Sequence record: PZ534511.1
DNA from: a phage
DNA length: 64,000 bases
Direction: 5' to 3' (one strand)
Part shown: piece by piece, positions 1 through 10,363 of the stretch
Position numbering within the stretch: position 1 is the first letter of the stretch
Layout: every line of letters starts with the position of its first letter
Made by a program: the position numbers and the translations under genes
Notes under the pieces: generated by a model
What the model saw: only the letters and a program-made list of their open reading frames with translations
Database searches by the model: none
What the model was told of the DNA's origin: nothing

Positions 1-632
1 GACCAACACCGTGCATTCAGGCAAACTTCTTGGAGGTGCATCCCAAGGCAGATGTCTTCATAGGTAACCCACCATTTGGCAAGAATTCATCTTTAGCTTG
101 CAAATTCTTCAACCATTGTGCATCATTGCTAGAGCTTGGAGGGGCTATAGCCTTCATCTTGCCACGGACATTTGAAAAAATATTTTTTGCAAACAAACTG
201 GACATGTCGATGCACCTTGTCTACAGCGAAAGGTGCCCTAAGAATTCGTTTTTACTTAATGGCAAACCTTATGACGTGCCATGCGTTTTCCAAATTTGGG
301 AGAAAAAGGAGTGCAATAGGGATCCTGTAGAGATTGGGGAGAATAAGTTATTTTCTTTTAGCACTCCAGATGACTACGACTTCTGTGTAAGACGTGTTGG
401 GTATAATGCTGGAAAAGTATTGGGGGAGGATGACCCAAAATCTGAAGAATCGACATATTTCATAAAATCTTTAGTTGACGGTGTTGACAGAGTGTTTGCT
501 GAATGCTATTCTTCTTTTCAAGAAGAAGCAGGTAAGACTGCTGGAATGAAGAGTATAGGTAAGAAAGAACTACAATATATTTTGGAGACCAGGTATGATC
601 AAAAGCATAGACTTGACCAAAGAACTTACTGA
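1..632 (+). CDS. N6-adenine DNA methyltransferase, C-terminal part (ORF enters window from upstream)
   Basis: FIGNPPFGK = amino-MTase motif IV (NPPF); reading frame open to window start. Confidence 0.6.
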   Translation, partial: PTPCIQANFLEVHPKADVFIGNPPFGKNSSLACKFFNHCASLLELGGAIAFILPRTFEKIFFANKLDMSMHLVYSERCPKNSFLLNGKPYDVPCVFQIWEKKECNRDPVEIGENKLFSFSTPDDYDFCVRRVGYNAGKVLGEDDPKSEESTYFIKSLVDGVDRVFAECYSSFQEEAGKTAGMKSIGKKELQYILETRYDQKHRLDQRTY

Positions 633-1053
633 TGCAAAAGCTTTTGGTGAGACAGCAGTACAAAGGGGGCAGGCGATGGGACTGGCACTACCTTTCGTCT
701 TAAAAGAGCACTTTACAGATTTTCAACTTATCAAGGGTGATAAGGGAATGCTTATCTTGGAGCATAAGTTGAGTAAGAAACGCTATAAAGTCGTTTTTAA
801 TTCTAAAGCTCCAACAAAACTGGGATTTAGAACTTACAATCTTAACCCATCCTACACTAAGGGTGTTGGAAGGGTAGAACAACAGCATTTCAGTGCCAGA
901 GCTTCTTTAGCCCCTTTGATGCTAAATTTCTCAGGGGTGGCTTTAGGATACCTTGATAAGAAAAGAGTTCTTCATGTTCGTTTCACAGACTTTGTAACGC
1001 TTTTAGCTAACAACGAGGTTGATGAAAAGGGACGTGTAAAAACAAACTTCTAA
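595..1053 (+). CDS. hypothetical protein
   Basis: ORF with GGAG RBS; overlaps MTase end by 38 nt; weak D..EHK nuclease-like motif only. Confidence 0.4.
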   Translation: MIKSIDLTKELTDAKAFGETAVQRGQAMGLALPFVLKEHFTDFQLIKGDKGMLILEHKLSKKRYKVVFNSKAPTKLGFRTYNLNPSYTKGVGRVEQQHFSARASLAPLMLNFSGVALGYLDKKRVLHVRFTDFVTLLANNEVDEKGRVKTNF

Positions 1054-1068
1054 TAACGCATAGTATGA

Positions 1069-1272
1069 TTGGAGACCGAAATGACACCAGAGTTAACAAT
1101 TCCAGACAGCTTTTCAGAAAACTTTATCCCAGAAATGATGAGTAAGATGCGATCATTGCTTGATCAGATTGAGGAGGCTGTTTGGGAAGACGATGCTGTA
1201 GTGGCTAACGAGCTGGTAGATAAGTGTAAAAGTATTATTGATGCAGTTGAAGAATACCACGGAGGTTTTTAA
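1069..1272 (+). CDS. hypothetical acidic protein
   Basis: ORF with RBS-like GGAG upstream. Confidence 0.4.
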   Translation: METEMTPELTIPDSFSENFIPEMMSKMRSLLDQIEEAVWEDDAVVANELVDKCKSIIDAVEEYHGGF

Positions 1273-1886
1273 TGGATATTATTGTTCTTAACGCCCCACC
1301 CAGCAGTGGTAAGGATCACATTGCAGGTCTCTTGTTGGAAGCTATTCCTAACTCACACCACCGTGAGGTTAAGGAAATGCTCTTCAGTGTGGCAATTAAG
1401 GCAGCTGGTGTAACTCCTCAACTCTGGAATGCACTTTATGACCGCCACTACAAAGAAGAGCCTTGCCCTTTCTTGATGATAGACGGCAAGCATGTTTCTC
1501 CGCGAGAATGGATGATCCATTGTAGTGAAAATCTGATTAAACCTGTCTTTGGTGAAGATGCTTTCGGTAAAGCCGCAGTCGCATCTTTGAAGAAAGATTT
1601 CCCTGAAGGTAAAGGGGTTATTGTTTACTCCGATGGGGGATTCAAAGAGGAGCTGGCATGCCTTAGCGAGTACGCATACAGCACAGGTGGAGATCTGTTG
1701 TTGTTCCGTATTCACCGTGTAGGATATGACTGGGGAAATGATTCCAGAACCTATCTAAGTCTGGAAAAGAACGGAATAAAAGGGGTTGAGTTTGATGTTG
1801 TAAACCCTGAAGGTGCACCTTGGGAGTGTGCATCTGAGATTGTGTGCAAGTATATTGATGCTAAAGAGGCCCAAGAAGAATGTTAA
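1272..1886 (+). CDS. P-loop nucleotide kinase-like protein (possible dNMP kinase)
   Basis: N-terminal P-loop-like NAPPSSGKD; sits in nucleotide-metabolism cluster. Confidence 0.4.
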   Translation: MDIIVLNAPPSSGKDHIAGLLLEAIPNSHHREVKEMLFSVAIKAAGVTPQLWNALYDRHYKEEPCPFLMIDGKHVSPREWMIHCSENLIKPVFGEDAFGKAAVASLKKDFPEGKGVIVYSDGGFKEELACLSEYAYSTGGDLLLFRIHRVGYDWGNDSRTYLSLEKNGIKGVEFDVVNPEGAPWECASEIVCKYIDAKEAQEEC

Positions 1887-2473
1887 TCGGAATTGATGTA
1901 GATTTGACACTGGTAGATTCAGGAACAGCATGGTGGGAGTGGTTGGAGCGTTTGTATGGTCCAGCCAGTAAGACAGTAGCTAAACCTTCTAATGGGCTAA
2001 TGTATTACGATCTGTCAAAGTATTGGCCTGATCGTCCCAAAGAAAACATCATAGGACCTTTTGATTTCTGGAGTGATCCGTTCCTCTACGACTTCCTTAA
2101 GCCTGAAGAGGGGGCTATTGAGGTTATGAAAGATTTGGTGGCTCGTGGTCACAAGCTTGCATTTATCTCGGTATGCAAGAAAGGTCACCTTGCATCTAAA
2201 TCAAGGTTCTTAAAGCGTTGGACCAGTGATTTTATGGATCTGGACGATCACACCCAGGGCCACGGCTTCTACGCCACACATTTCAAAGGGAATGTGGCTG
2301 TAGATGTTATAATTGACGACAGGCATGAATACCTGAACCAATTCGCTTCACGACCTGAAGTTATTAAAATCCTAAAAGATACGCCTTATGAGCAATTCGA
2401 GGAGTTAAAGGTCAGTGTTGACTATACCGCTAATAGCTGGTATAAAATAGGAAAATTTTTAGAAGGTATTTGA
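1880..2473 (+). CDS. HAD-superfamily phosphatase (putative 5' nucleotidase)
   Basis: HAD motif I GIDVDLTL (DxDxT) at N-terminus. Confidence 0.5.
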   Translation: MLIGIDVDLTLVDSGTAWWEWLERLYGPASKTVAKPSNGLMYYDLSKYWPDRPKENIIGPFDFWSDPFLYDFLKPEEGAIEVMKDLVARGHKLAFISVCKKGHLASKSRFLKRWTSDFMDLDDHTQGHGFYATHFKGNVAVDVIIDDRHEYLNQFASRPEVIKILKDTPYEQFEELKVSVDYTANSWYKIGKFLEGI

Positions 2474-2474
2474 A

Positions 2475-2675
2475 ATGGGCAGATGTTCTAAAGGTGGCGA
2501 TCCTGTAGTCAGATACGGTGACTGGCTAGAGGTGTATGATCTAGGAGGTAAGCTAGTGTATGCCTCTAGGATCACCCAAGATATGTGCTCTGACATGTTC
2601 AACAGATACCTTGCATTTAAGGCCAACATAAACCCAGACGAAATTTCCAAAATTAAAACAAGGAGAGCTAAATAA
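2475..2675 (+). CDS. hypothetical protein
   Basis: ORF packed between neighbours. Confidence 0.35.
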   Translation: MGRCSKGGDPVVRYGDWLEVYDLGGKLVYASRITQDMCSDMFNRYLAFKANINPDEISKIKTRRAK

Positions 2676-3658
2676 TGCTAAAACTGTGCACTGCAAAGAT
2701 TATTGCTGACAGCATTTCCGAGAAAGGTAAGCGTATCACCACTTTTGAACTAGAGTATCCTCGAATTATTCACTCAGAGCTTATGACGCACCGAGTGTTC
2801 AGCCGAAACGCCATGTCTTCCCGTGCAGTACCTGTCGGCAAGATGCTGCAACAGATTGTGGAGAATCCGGCAATGCCAGTTCGCTTCGGTGTAAATAAGC
2901 GAGGAATGGAAGATGGTGGAGAACACGATCAAAAGATCCGTGTAGAGTACACTGACATGGAGCTAACTCCTGAAGAGTTTTGGAAAGAAGCTGCAAAAAA
3001 CGCCGCTTGGCATGCAGAGAAGTTCGCCCTTGCTGGTTACCATAAGCAAGTATGTAACCGCTTAGTGGAGCCGTTCCAGCGCATGAAAACAGTTGTAACA
3101 AGCACCGAGTGGAATAATTTTTTCCACCTCCGTTGCTGGCACGATGCGGATCCTACGATTCAGATGTTAGCTAATTGTATGTGGGAGGCTCTTGAGAATA
3201 GCACTCCTGAAATCCTTAAACCGGGTCAATGGCACACACCATATGTAGAGCACGTTTATTTGGACGGCGAGTTTAACTATGCTGTACGTGACACAGAAGG
3301 AAAGCTTTGCATTCTCGATACTGGAGAAGCTCTGTCTATTAGTGCTAGTTGCTGTGCACAAGTATCTTATCGAAATATTGACAGCACGTTTGAAAAGGCA
3401 GACAGTGTGGCTAAAAAATTGATTGGTGGGGATCGTATTCATGCAAGCCCTTACGAGCACCAGGCAACACCTATGGATCACGATAATGCAATGGAACGTT
3501 TAAACTACTATCTATCTTCATGTGAAATCACACAAGACAGCTGTGTTTGGCAGGAAGGTGTAACCCATCAAGACCGTGATGGTAAATTCTGGTCTGCCAA
3601 CTTTTGTGGGTGGGTTCAGCACAGACAACTGCTTAATAACCACTTCGTGAAAGGTTAA
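2675..3658 (+). CDS. thyX: FAD-dependent thymidylate synthase ThyX-like
   Basis: THRVFSRNAMSSRA aligns to ThyX signature RHRxxSxxxxSxR(Y). Confidence 0.6.
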   Translation: MLKLCTAKIIADSISEKGKRITTFELEYPRIIHSELMTHRVFSRNAMSSRAVPVGKMLQQIVENPAMPVRFGVNKRGMEDGGEHDQKIRVEYTDMELTPEEFWKEAAKNAAWHAEKFALAGYHKQVCNRLVEPFQRMKTVVTSTEWNNFFHLRCWHDADPTIQMLANCMWEALENSTPEILKPGQWHTPYVEHVYLDGEFNYAVRDTEGKLCILDTGEALSISASCCAQVSYRNIDSTFEKADSVAKKLIGGDRIHASPYEHQATPMDHDNAMERLNYYLSSCEITQDSCVWQEGVTHQDRDGKFWSANFCGWVQHRQLLNNHFVKG

Positions 3659-3687
3659 TCCTATCACAGCGATAGGTAACTTTTGTG

Positions 3688-3716
3688 TTGACTAATAGTA
3701 TCAGATAATCTATAAT
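3688..3716 (+). promoter_or_regulatory. sigma70-like promoter (TTGACT-17-TATAAT)
   Basis: near-consensus -35/-10 hexamers with 17 nt spacer. Confidence 0.6.
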
Positions 3717-3756
3717 AATGGCTCACTTTGTTGGTGAGCCAGAAATGGAGACAGAT

Positions 3757-4218
3757 ATGAGTAATGTTATGATTCCTAAAAAGACATTTATTTCAGTTAC
3801 TTTGGATTTCCTATCTACCGTCCCTGGGTTTAACGTTCGCACACGAAACGGTCTCCGAGCTGCACTCTTTGCCGTGGGGTTTGATTTAAAAAATATCGAT
3901 GTTCTTCGTGGAAAAAACGTTCGATGCAAAAATAAGCCAACACATTATCGAAAGGCAGATGTATTTGCTGGTGTCATGCGTGCAGACTTTAGATACCCAC
4001 AAATGTATAACGGTGTAGATATTTTAGATGTAGATAAAGCACCCGGTGAGGCAATGCTTGTTCAAGATCTTCCGTATGATATCCCTGTAGAGGATCGTGT
4101 TAATGTAAGAAAGTATACAAAACAATCTGAAAAGGCTGAAGATATTCATATTGTTGATGAACCTTTCAATTTTGAAGATCTGCATCGCCTGGAAAAATTA
4201 TTCGGTATTGAAAGCTAA
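3757..4218 (+). CDS. hypothetical protein
   Basis: ATG at 3718 lies inside the promoter; first ATG with GGAG RBS is 3757. Confidence 0.45.
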   Translation: MSNVMIPKKTFISVTLDFLSTVPGFNVRTRNGLRAALFAVGFDLKNIDVLRGKNVRCKNKPTHYRKADVFAGVMRADFRYPQMYNGVDILDVDKAPGEAMLVQDLPYDIPVEDRVNVRKYTKQSEKAEDIHIVDEPFNFEDLHRLEKLFGIES

Positions 4219-4228
4219 GGTGGTGAAG

Positions 4229-4459
4229 ATGAGTCATAACTCCAAGTGGAAGGATCTTGGTTTTGCAAGTCGGGCAGAATATGTTGGTTGGCTTTGGTTC
4301 AACGGTCTGACAAACGATATTAAAATGTATGATGATGTTTATTATGACGAGTATACAGGTAAAATTATAAATATCTCTGTAGAAGAGGATACCTTTATCC
4401 AGCAAGATACTGATACCTGCCTTGATAAATACGTTAATGAAGTGGAGGAAGCAAATTGA
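4229..4459 (+). CDS. hypothetical protein
   Basis: ATG with AAGGTGG RBS; upstream part of track ORF overlaps previous gene. Confidence 0.4.
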   Translation: MSHNSKWKDLGFASRAEYVGWLWFNGLTNDIKMYDDVYYDEYTGKIINISVEEDTFIQQDTDTCLDKYVNEVEEAN

Positions 4460-6771
4460 TCACCAAGGTAATTAAAAGTAACGGATGTGAAGTGGCATTC
4501 GATCCAGAACGTTTAAATAAGGCAGCTATTTTCGGTGACGACGGTAACGGCAATTGGTCACATATTGCACTGGATGCATACAAACGACTGTATGATGGAT
4601 GTACAACCAAAGAAGTTAACCAAGCTATTATAGACTCCTGTGTTAGCCGTAAAGACGAAGCACATTCCCGGATGGCTGGTCGTGTTCTTATTGGTCAGAT
4701 TTATAAAGAGGCTTTTGGAGGGTTTACAAAGATCCCTTCCTTACCATCATTTTACAACGACATGGTTGAGAAAGGGTATTGGGAGGATATGGGTTATAGC
4801 TTTACCGAGTTAAACACTTTAGGCACTGTTATTGATCACAGTAAAGATCTCGGTTATGGCTATGCAGTCCTTAAACAGTTTCGCGACAAATACGGGATCA
4901 AGGATACTCTTAAAGACACCTTGTTTGAATCTCCCCAGATGATGTTTATGGGGATAGCAATGGCTGTCATGAAGAATATGCCGAAAGAACGTCGTATCAA
5001 CGATGTTGTAAAATTATACACTTATCTGTCCGACTTAAAGATCAATGCCCCGACACCGTACTTAAACGGGCTGCGCACAGGTAAGACAGGGTATGCATCT
5101 TGTTGTGTAATAAAAGCTGACGATACAGCAAAATCTATTGGTGTGGCACGTGAAGTTGCGTACACAATGACGGTTAACCAGGCAGGTATCGGCTACTACT
5201 TATCCTCAAGATCTGCAGGCGATGGTGTTCGTGGTAACACTATTAAACATATGGGTAAGATTCCGTATTATCGAGGTATTGATGCTGGTGTTAAGGAGAA
5301 CAGACAACAATCACGTGGCGGTTCTGCAACAGTATCATTCCTTGCACTGGACCCGCAGATTGATGAGCTAATCCGTTTGAGAAACCCTATGACTGTTGCT
5401 TCAAAAAGAATCAACACCATGGACTACTCCATCGGTATTAATAGGTCGTTTATCAACCGTGTGGCTAAGAATTTGGATTGGATGCTTGTTTCTTATAAGC
5501 ACGCGCCTCAACTGCATGAGGGTATCTTCACCATGTCTATGGAGGAGTTTGATGCAGAGGTTGATCGTATTGCTAAAGATGACAGTATTCCTAAAACATG
5601 GATCCGGGCCAGAGATCTTGCTGTTGAACTGATCACGCAGCGTACTGAGGTGGGAAGGCTGTATGTATACTGGACAGATGAGATGAATAGACATACACCT
5701 TTTAAAGATGTGATCTATTCAAGTAACCTGTGTGCAGAAATAGCCCTCCCGACAAAAGGCTATTCAGATATGCGTAATATCTTCAAGTACGATGCTGATG
5801 ATGGAGAGGTTGCATTGTGCTTCCTGTCATCTCTTGTAGCTGGGAGGGTTACTCCAGAGGAGTATGAGGATGTTGCATACTATACGGTGCTTATGATTGA
5901 CAATGTTATGGAAATCATGACATATCCGTATGAAAATATGGAAAGCACAGTTAAAAAACGCAGATCCATCGGGGTTGGCCTTACCAATGTTGCACATTTT
6001 ATTGCCAGCCACAAGGTTACTTACGGATCTCCTGAAAGTAAACAGCTCGTTCACGATCTTGCAGAACTTCACAGCTACAGCTTGCATAAGGCAAGTTTAC
6101 GGTTGGCAAAAGAGCGTGGTGTCTGCGAGTGGATGCATAAAACAAAATATCCAGAAGGTTGGTTACCAATCGACACCTATAACAAAGAGGTCGATAGCGT
6201 GGTGAAAGATCCTTCTCTTAAACAGGATTGGGAAGGGTTACGTAAAGAAATCGTTGAAAATGGTGGGCTACGTAATAGCGTTCTTGAAGCATATATGCCT
6301 AATGAAAGCTCTTCGCTGGCAACAAACACCACTAACGGGGTTTATCCTGTCCGTGAGCACATTATCTTTAAAAAGTCGCCACAAGGGCAGGTGCTGTTTA
6401 TCGTTCCTGACTATGATGAGTTGAAAGAGTATTACACTTCGGCTTGGGACGTTGATACTAACGACATGATCGATATGTATGCTGTGATTCAAAAATTCAC
6501 AGGTCAGGCAATCAGCGCGGATTTATACATAGACTACACCAAGTTGAAAGATGGTAAAATTTCAATGAAGGAGCAGCTAGGGTACCTTATCCGTGCCACT
6601 AAATTCGGAATGAAGACATGGTATTATTTAAACTCTAGGGTTGGTGCTGGTGACTCCTTGGCAGAGGAACTTCATGCCAAGAAACAGGCTGAAGATGAAA
6701 CCAGAAAGAACTATCCTTTGATTGCAGATAGTTCAGTTGAAGATCCGTATTGCGAAAGCTGTGCACTATAA
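4456..6771 (+). CDS. nrdA: ribonucleotide reductase class I large subunit
   Basis: 771 aa; ATP-cone-like N-terminus; NLCAEI active-site region; C-terminal CESC cysteine pair; TTG start with GGAGG RBS. Confidence 0.9.
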   Translation: MITKVIKSNGCEVAFDPERLNKAAIFGDDGNGNWSHIALDAYKRLYDGCTTKEVNQAIIDSCVSRKDEAHSRMAGRVLIGQIYKEAFGGFTKIPSLPSFYNDMVEKGYWEDMGYSFTELNTLGTVIDHSKDLGYGYAVLKQFRDKYGIKDTLKDTLFESPQMMFMGIAMAVMKNMPKERRINDVVKLYTYLSDLKINAPTPYLNGLRTGKTGYASCCVIKADDTAKSIGVAREVAYTMTVNQAGIGYYLSSRSAGDGVRGNTIKHMGKIPYYRGIDAGVKENRQQSRGGSATVSFLALDPQIDELIRLRNPMTVASKRINTMDYSIGINRSFINRVAKNLDWMLVSYKHAPQLHEGIFTMSMEEFDAEVDRIAKDDSIPKTWIRARDLAVELITQRTEVGRLYVYWTDEMNRHTPFKDVIYSSNLCAEIALPTKGYSDMRNIFKYDADDGEVALCFLSSLVAGRVTPEEYEDVAYYTVLMIDNVMEIMTYPYENMESTVKKRRSIGVGLTNVAHFIASHKVTYGSPESKQLVHDLAELHSYSLHKASLRLAKERGVCEWMHKTKYPEGWLPIDTYNKEVDSVVKDPSLKQDWEGLRKEIVENGGLRNSVLEAYMPNESSSLATNTTNGVYPVREHIIFKKSPQGQVLFIVPDYDELKEYYTSAWDVDTNDMIDMYAVIQKFTGQAISADLYIDYTKLKDGKISMKEQLGYLIRATKFGMKTWYYLNSRVGAGDSLAEELHAKKQAEDETRKNYPLIADSSVEDPYCESCAL

Positions 6772-6778
6772 TTTTAAA

Positions 6779-6797
6779 GGGGCTTCGGCCCCATTTT
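6779..6797 (+). terminator. hairpin GGGGC-UUCG-GCCCC + AUUUU between nrdA and nrdB (possible attenuator)
   Basis: perfect 5 bp GC stem with UUCG loop followed by T-run. Confidence 0.4.
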
Positions 6798-6809
6798 AGA
6801 GGTAGAATA

Positions 6810-7898
6810 ATGGCTGTATTTAATGCTGAGAACACCGCTCATAAAACTGGTGACTATCCGCTGTTTCTGGGACAGCAAATGGGTATGTACGACTCTATCA
6901 ACAAAAAATATCCGCAACTGTTCGAACTGTACAAAAAACAAAAAGAACAAGACTGGGCAGAGGATGAAGTGGATTTGTCGCAATCTATTTCAGATTTTGT
7001 AACATGCTCCAAGTCAACTTATGATGTAATGGTGCAGACCTTGATGTGGCAATGGGAGGCTGATAGCGTTGCGGCAAGATCGATCATCTGCCTCTTTTCA
7101 CCATTCATCACTAATAGTGAGCTTTTCACTCTATTGATGAAACAGTCAGAGATTGAAGTTCTTCACGCACTAACTTACTCAGAGATTGTTAGACAATGCC
7201 TCCCCAATGCCCGTGAGATTATAGAAGAGATTCAGGAAAACCAAAACGTTCTGAGCAGATCTGGCGTTATTGTCAAATACATGCAAGAGCTTGAGGTTAT
7301 TGGTGCAAAATACCGACTGGATCCTTCTAGTGTTGAAGAAGATATTGTGCGGAAATGCATTCTTAGAGCGCTTTTTGCACTTTTAGCTCTGGAAAGTATT
7401 GAGTTTATTGCAAGTTTTGCATGCACTTTCGCAGTAGCTGAACAGGGTATTTTTGTTCAGGTGGCACAGCTTGTTCAAAAAATCATGCTTGACGAAATGC
7501 TACATTCGAAAGGTGATTTTGCCATCATTGATATCCTGCTTAACGATCCAGCATGGGAGAAAAGCTTCCTGGAGATAAAAGGGGAGTTAAAAGAGATTCT
7601 TGATGAAGTACGAACCAAGGAGTACGGTTGGAGCGACTATATTTTCAGCGAAGGAAGAGCGATTATAGGCCTTAACTCACCGTTGCTTAAAGAATGGGTT
7701 GACTATAACTGCTCACCGATTTATGATTACTACGATATCGACAAAGACTTTGTGCCGCCAACAAAGGACCCGCTACCGTTTATGCAGGTGTGGATGAAAC
7801 CTTCATTGCAACAGACGGCGAACCAAGAAATGTCGAACACTGACTACCGAGTCAACACAACTGTTAACGACGCTGAAGAAGAAATTTGGGAGTTTTAA
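6810..7898 (+). CDS. nrdB: ribonucleotide reductase class I small subunit
   Basis: adjacent to nrdA; ferritin-like helices with E/H-rich motifs; start moved to ATG with GAGG RBS. Confidence 0.85.
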   Translation: MAVFNAENTAHKTGDYPLFLGQQMGMYDSINKKYPQLFELYKKQKEQDWAEDEVDLSQSISDFVTCSKSTYDVMVQTLMWQWEADSVAARSIICLFSPFITNSELFTLLMKQSEIEVLHALTYSEIVRQCLPNAREIIEEIQENQNVLSRSGVIVKYMQELEVIGAKYRLDPSSVEEDIVRKCILRALFALLALESIEFIASFACTFAVAEQGIFVQVAQLVQKIMLDEMLHSKGDFAIIDILLNDPAWEKSFLEIKGELKEILDEVRTKEYGWSDYIFSEGRAIIGLNSPLLKEWVDYNCSPIYDYYDIDKDFVPPTKDPLPFMQVWMKPSLQQTANQEMSNTDYRVNTTVNDAEEEIWEF

Positions 7899-7901
7899 TA
7901 C

Positions 7902-8180
7902 ATGAGCTGTGAAAAATCTTTTTTCTTTATTATTTACGGTAAAGATAACTGCCCACATTGTGTAAGAGCAAAAGAATTTGCAGTCAGTAAAGGTCTGCCT
8001 TTTGTATATAAGACACTTGGCGAGGGTTACACAAAAGAAGAGCTTATTGAGAAGTGCAGTCCAATCGTACCCAGAACGTTGCCGCAGATCTTCTTAGAAA
8101 GTAATCTTGAAAGTGCCCATATAGGCGGTGCCGATGATTTCATCTCTTTTGTTAAGAATGGTTTTGGAGAGAAAAAGTGA
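7902..8180 (+). CDS. glutaredoxin/NrdH-like redoxin
   Basis: 92 aa, CPHC active-site motif, sits between RNR genes. Confidence 0.6.
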   Translation: MSCEKSFFFIIYGKDNCPHCVRAKEFAVSKGLPFVYKTLGEGYTKEELIEKCSPIVPRTLPQIFLESNLESAHIGGADDFISFVKNGFGEKK

Positions 8181-10300
8181 AAGTTGTAAAACGGGACGGT
8201 AGAGAAGAGGTCTATAACGGAATTAAGGTGATCAAGGCGGCAGAGTCCGCCTTACTTGAGTCTGGACATACTGAAGAAGAAGCTTACCGGATCGCCTGCG
8301 CGGTTAATGAAGTTGTTGCTAACAATCTACCAACCGACCAGTGCACGATCTCTGTAAAAAATATCCATATCCTTGTTGAAGACGCTCTTATGGATATGGG
8401 TTTAAAATGTGCAGCCAGAGAATACATCCAGTATAGGCAGACAAGAGATAATAACAGAGAGGCAGGTGGAAAACTGCTTGCAGATATTAGTGGCTTCTTG
8501 GATCGCACTTGTGATGAATTTACAAAAGAAAACGCAAATAAGCCTACCAATCATGTACACACTCATCGTGACCTGCTTGCAGGCATCCTTAGCAAACACC
8601 TTGCATCAACACAGATCCTGCCAGACCGTGTCTCAGAAGAGCACAATAAAGGCTTCATCCATGTGCATGATCTTGACTATTTGATCAGTCCGTTAACAAA
8701 CTGTTGTTTGGTAAATTATCCAGATATGTTGGAAAACGGATTCAACATTGGTAACGCCCATGTCAGTAAGCCGAAGTCAATAGGGGTTGCAACAACAATC
8801 CTTAGCCAAATCTCTAGTGCAGTAGCTAGTGCTCAATATGGAGGTCAGACTATGAGCCATATTGATCATTATCTGGCACAGTATGCTGAAGCGACCTATG
8901 AGAAGAACCTTAAATTTTGCCAGGAACATTGGTTGCCAGATGCTGAGACTGTTGCAATGCAAATGACAGATAAAGACGTATTTGACAGCATGCAGACTTT
9001 ACTCTATCAAATCAATACGTTAACTTCTGTCAACGGGCAAACTCCATTCATCACACTAAGTTTAGGACTGGATACCTCGGTCTTTGGTAGAATGATTACC
9101 AAAAATTACTTGAAAGTCCACAAAATGGGTCTTGGTGAAGAACGGATCACACCTGTGTTCCCTAAAGTGCTGTTCTTCCTAGAAGAGGGTGTCAACATGA
9201 ACCCTGGAGATCCTAACTATGATTTGAAAAGATTGGCCCTGGAATGCTCTGCAGAGCGGATTTATCCTGACTTTGTTTCTGTTCCACTAAATCGTAAAGT
9301 GACAGGCTCGACAGATGGTAAAGTAACAAGCATGGGTTGCCGGAGTTTTCTTAGCAAATACAATGACTTGGAAACAGGCGAGGAGAAATACCTTGGCAGA
9401 TTTAACTTAGGCGTTGTTAGCCTTAACCTGCCAATGATTGCGGCAAAAGCTAAAACGGAAGGTGTTGATTTCTTTGCAGTTCTTGACGAATACCTGGATC
9501 TTGCATACGAGGCTCACCTTGTAAGGGTTAACCGTCTAAAAGGAACAAAGGCAGGGCAGAACCCTATCATGTGGTGTGAAGGCGCTCTTGCTCGCCTGGA
9601 TCCTGAAGAGAGTATTGATAAACTCTTCTATGAAGGGTACGCTTCCATCAGTATTGGGTATATTGGTGTGTATGAAACCTGTCAGATTTTGGGCAGGGAG
9701 GGTGACAAGGCTTTAGCTCTTGGAATACTTCAGCACATGAGAGATGCTTGTGAGCGATACAAGAAGGAAAGTAGACTAGCGTTTAGCTTGTACGGCACCC
9801 CTTCTGAGAGTCTATGCTATAAAGCTGCAACCTGTCTGGATCGTGAATATCCTGAAGTGTTGAAGCACGAGCATGAATATCTCACCAACAGTTTCCATCA
9901 GCCAGTATGGATCAATAGCTCTCCTTTTGATAAGTGGAAGTATGAGGAAGGTTTTGCTATGATCTCCTCTGGTGGAAACATCGGATATGTAGAGACACCA
10001 AATCTGAAAAACAACTTAGATGCTTTAGAAGCTCTTGTTGACTTCGGGTATAAACACATTATGTATTTTGGTATTAACCAACCTGTGGATAAATGTCTTA
10101 AGTGTGGTTTCTCTGGGGAGTTCAGTGCAACAGCTAAAGGCTTTGTATGCCCAGAGTGTGGAAACCATGAAGAGGGAACGATCAGTGTAATTCGACGTGT
10201 GTCCGGATACCTTTCCAGCCCTAACTCCCGTCCTTACAATAAAGGTAAGCAAGCGGAAGTTATCGAGCGAGTTAAGCACTATGGAAGTTGTAGTTGCTGA
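8177..10300 (+). CDS. nrdD: anaerobic ribonucleoside-triphosphate reductase (class III)
   Basis: 707 aa; C-terminal Zn ribbon CLKCG...CPECG and glycyl-radical motif RRVSGYL. Confidence 0.9.
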   Translation: MKVVKRDGREEVYNGIKVIKAAESALLESGHTEEEAYRIACAVNEVVANNLPTDQCTISVKNIHILVEDALMDMGLKCAAREYIQYRQTRDNNREAGGKLLADISGFLDRTCDEFTKENANKPTNHVHTHRDLLAGILSKHLASTQILPDRVSEEHNKGFIHVHDLDYLISPLTNCCLVNYPDMLENGFNIGNAHVSKPKSIGVATTILSQISSAVASAQYGGQTMSHIDHYLAQYAEATYEKNLKFCQEHWLPDAETVAMQMTDKDVFDSMQTLLYQINTLTSVNGQTPFITLSLGLDTSVFGRMITKNYLKVHKMGLGEERITPVFPKVLFFLEEGVNMNPGDPNYDLKRLALECSAERIYPDFVSVPLNRKVTGSTDGKVTSMGCRSFLSKYNDLETGEEKYLGRFNLGVVSLNLPMIAAKAKTEGVDFFAVLDEYLDLAYEAHLVRVNRLKGTKAGQNPIMWCEGALARLDPEESIDKLFYEGYASISIGYIGVYETCQILGREGDKALALGILQHMRDACERYKKESRLAFSLYGTPSESLCYKAATCLDREYPEVLKHEHEYLTNSFHQPVWINSSPFDKWKYEEGFAMISSGGNIGYVETPNLKNNLDALEALVDFGYKHIMYFGINQPVDKCLKCGFSGEFSATAKGFVCPECGNHEEGTISVIRRVSGYLSSPNSRPYNKGKQAEVIERVKHYGSCSC

Positions 10301-10363
10301 TACTTGACAAAAGCCACAAGGATGTGGCATATTATTGACACACAGTGAGCTAGGAGGTACAGT

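Noticed and set aside
595-1053. Restriction endonuclease partner of the upstream MTase (RM system)
   Set aside because: Only a weak D...EHK pattern with atypically short spacing; no convincing PD-(D/E)xK context. Kept as hypothetical protein.
3718-3756. ATG at 3718 as start of the 3718-4218 ORF (and ATG at 13294 for the next-block ORF)
   Set aside because: Both ATGs fall inside or immediately after consensus -10 boxes, so they would not be on the transcript; downstream ATGs with RBS were used.
6750-6809. Track start of nrdB at 6750
   Set aside because: Upstream extension overlaps the nrdA stop and the intergenic hairpin; the ATG at 6810 has a GAGG RBS and gives a typical NrdB N-terminus.
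4456-10300. Numerous antisense and out-of-frame track ORFs inside nrdA, nrdB, nrdD, the polymerase, primase-helicase, rIIA and other long genes
   Set aside because: They lie fully within long ORFs with strong family motifs and lack RBS; treated as shadow ORFs.
10304-10336. Promoter TTGACA ... TATTAT upstream of the nrdD-nrdG micro-ORF
   Set aside because: Spacer between the hexamers is about 20 nt, outside the usual 16-18 nt; not called.
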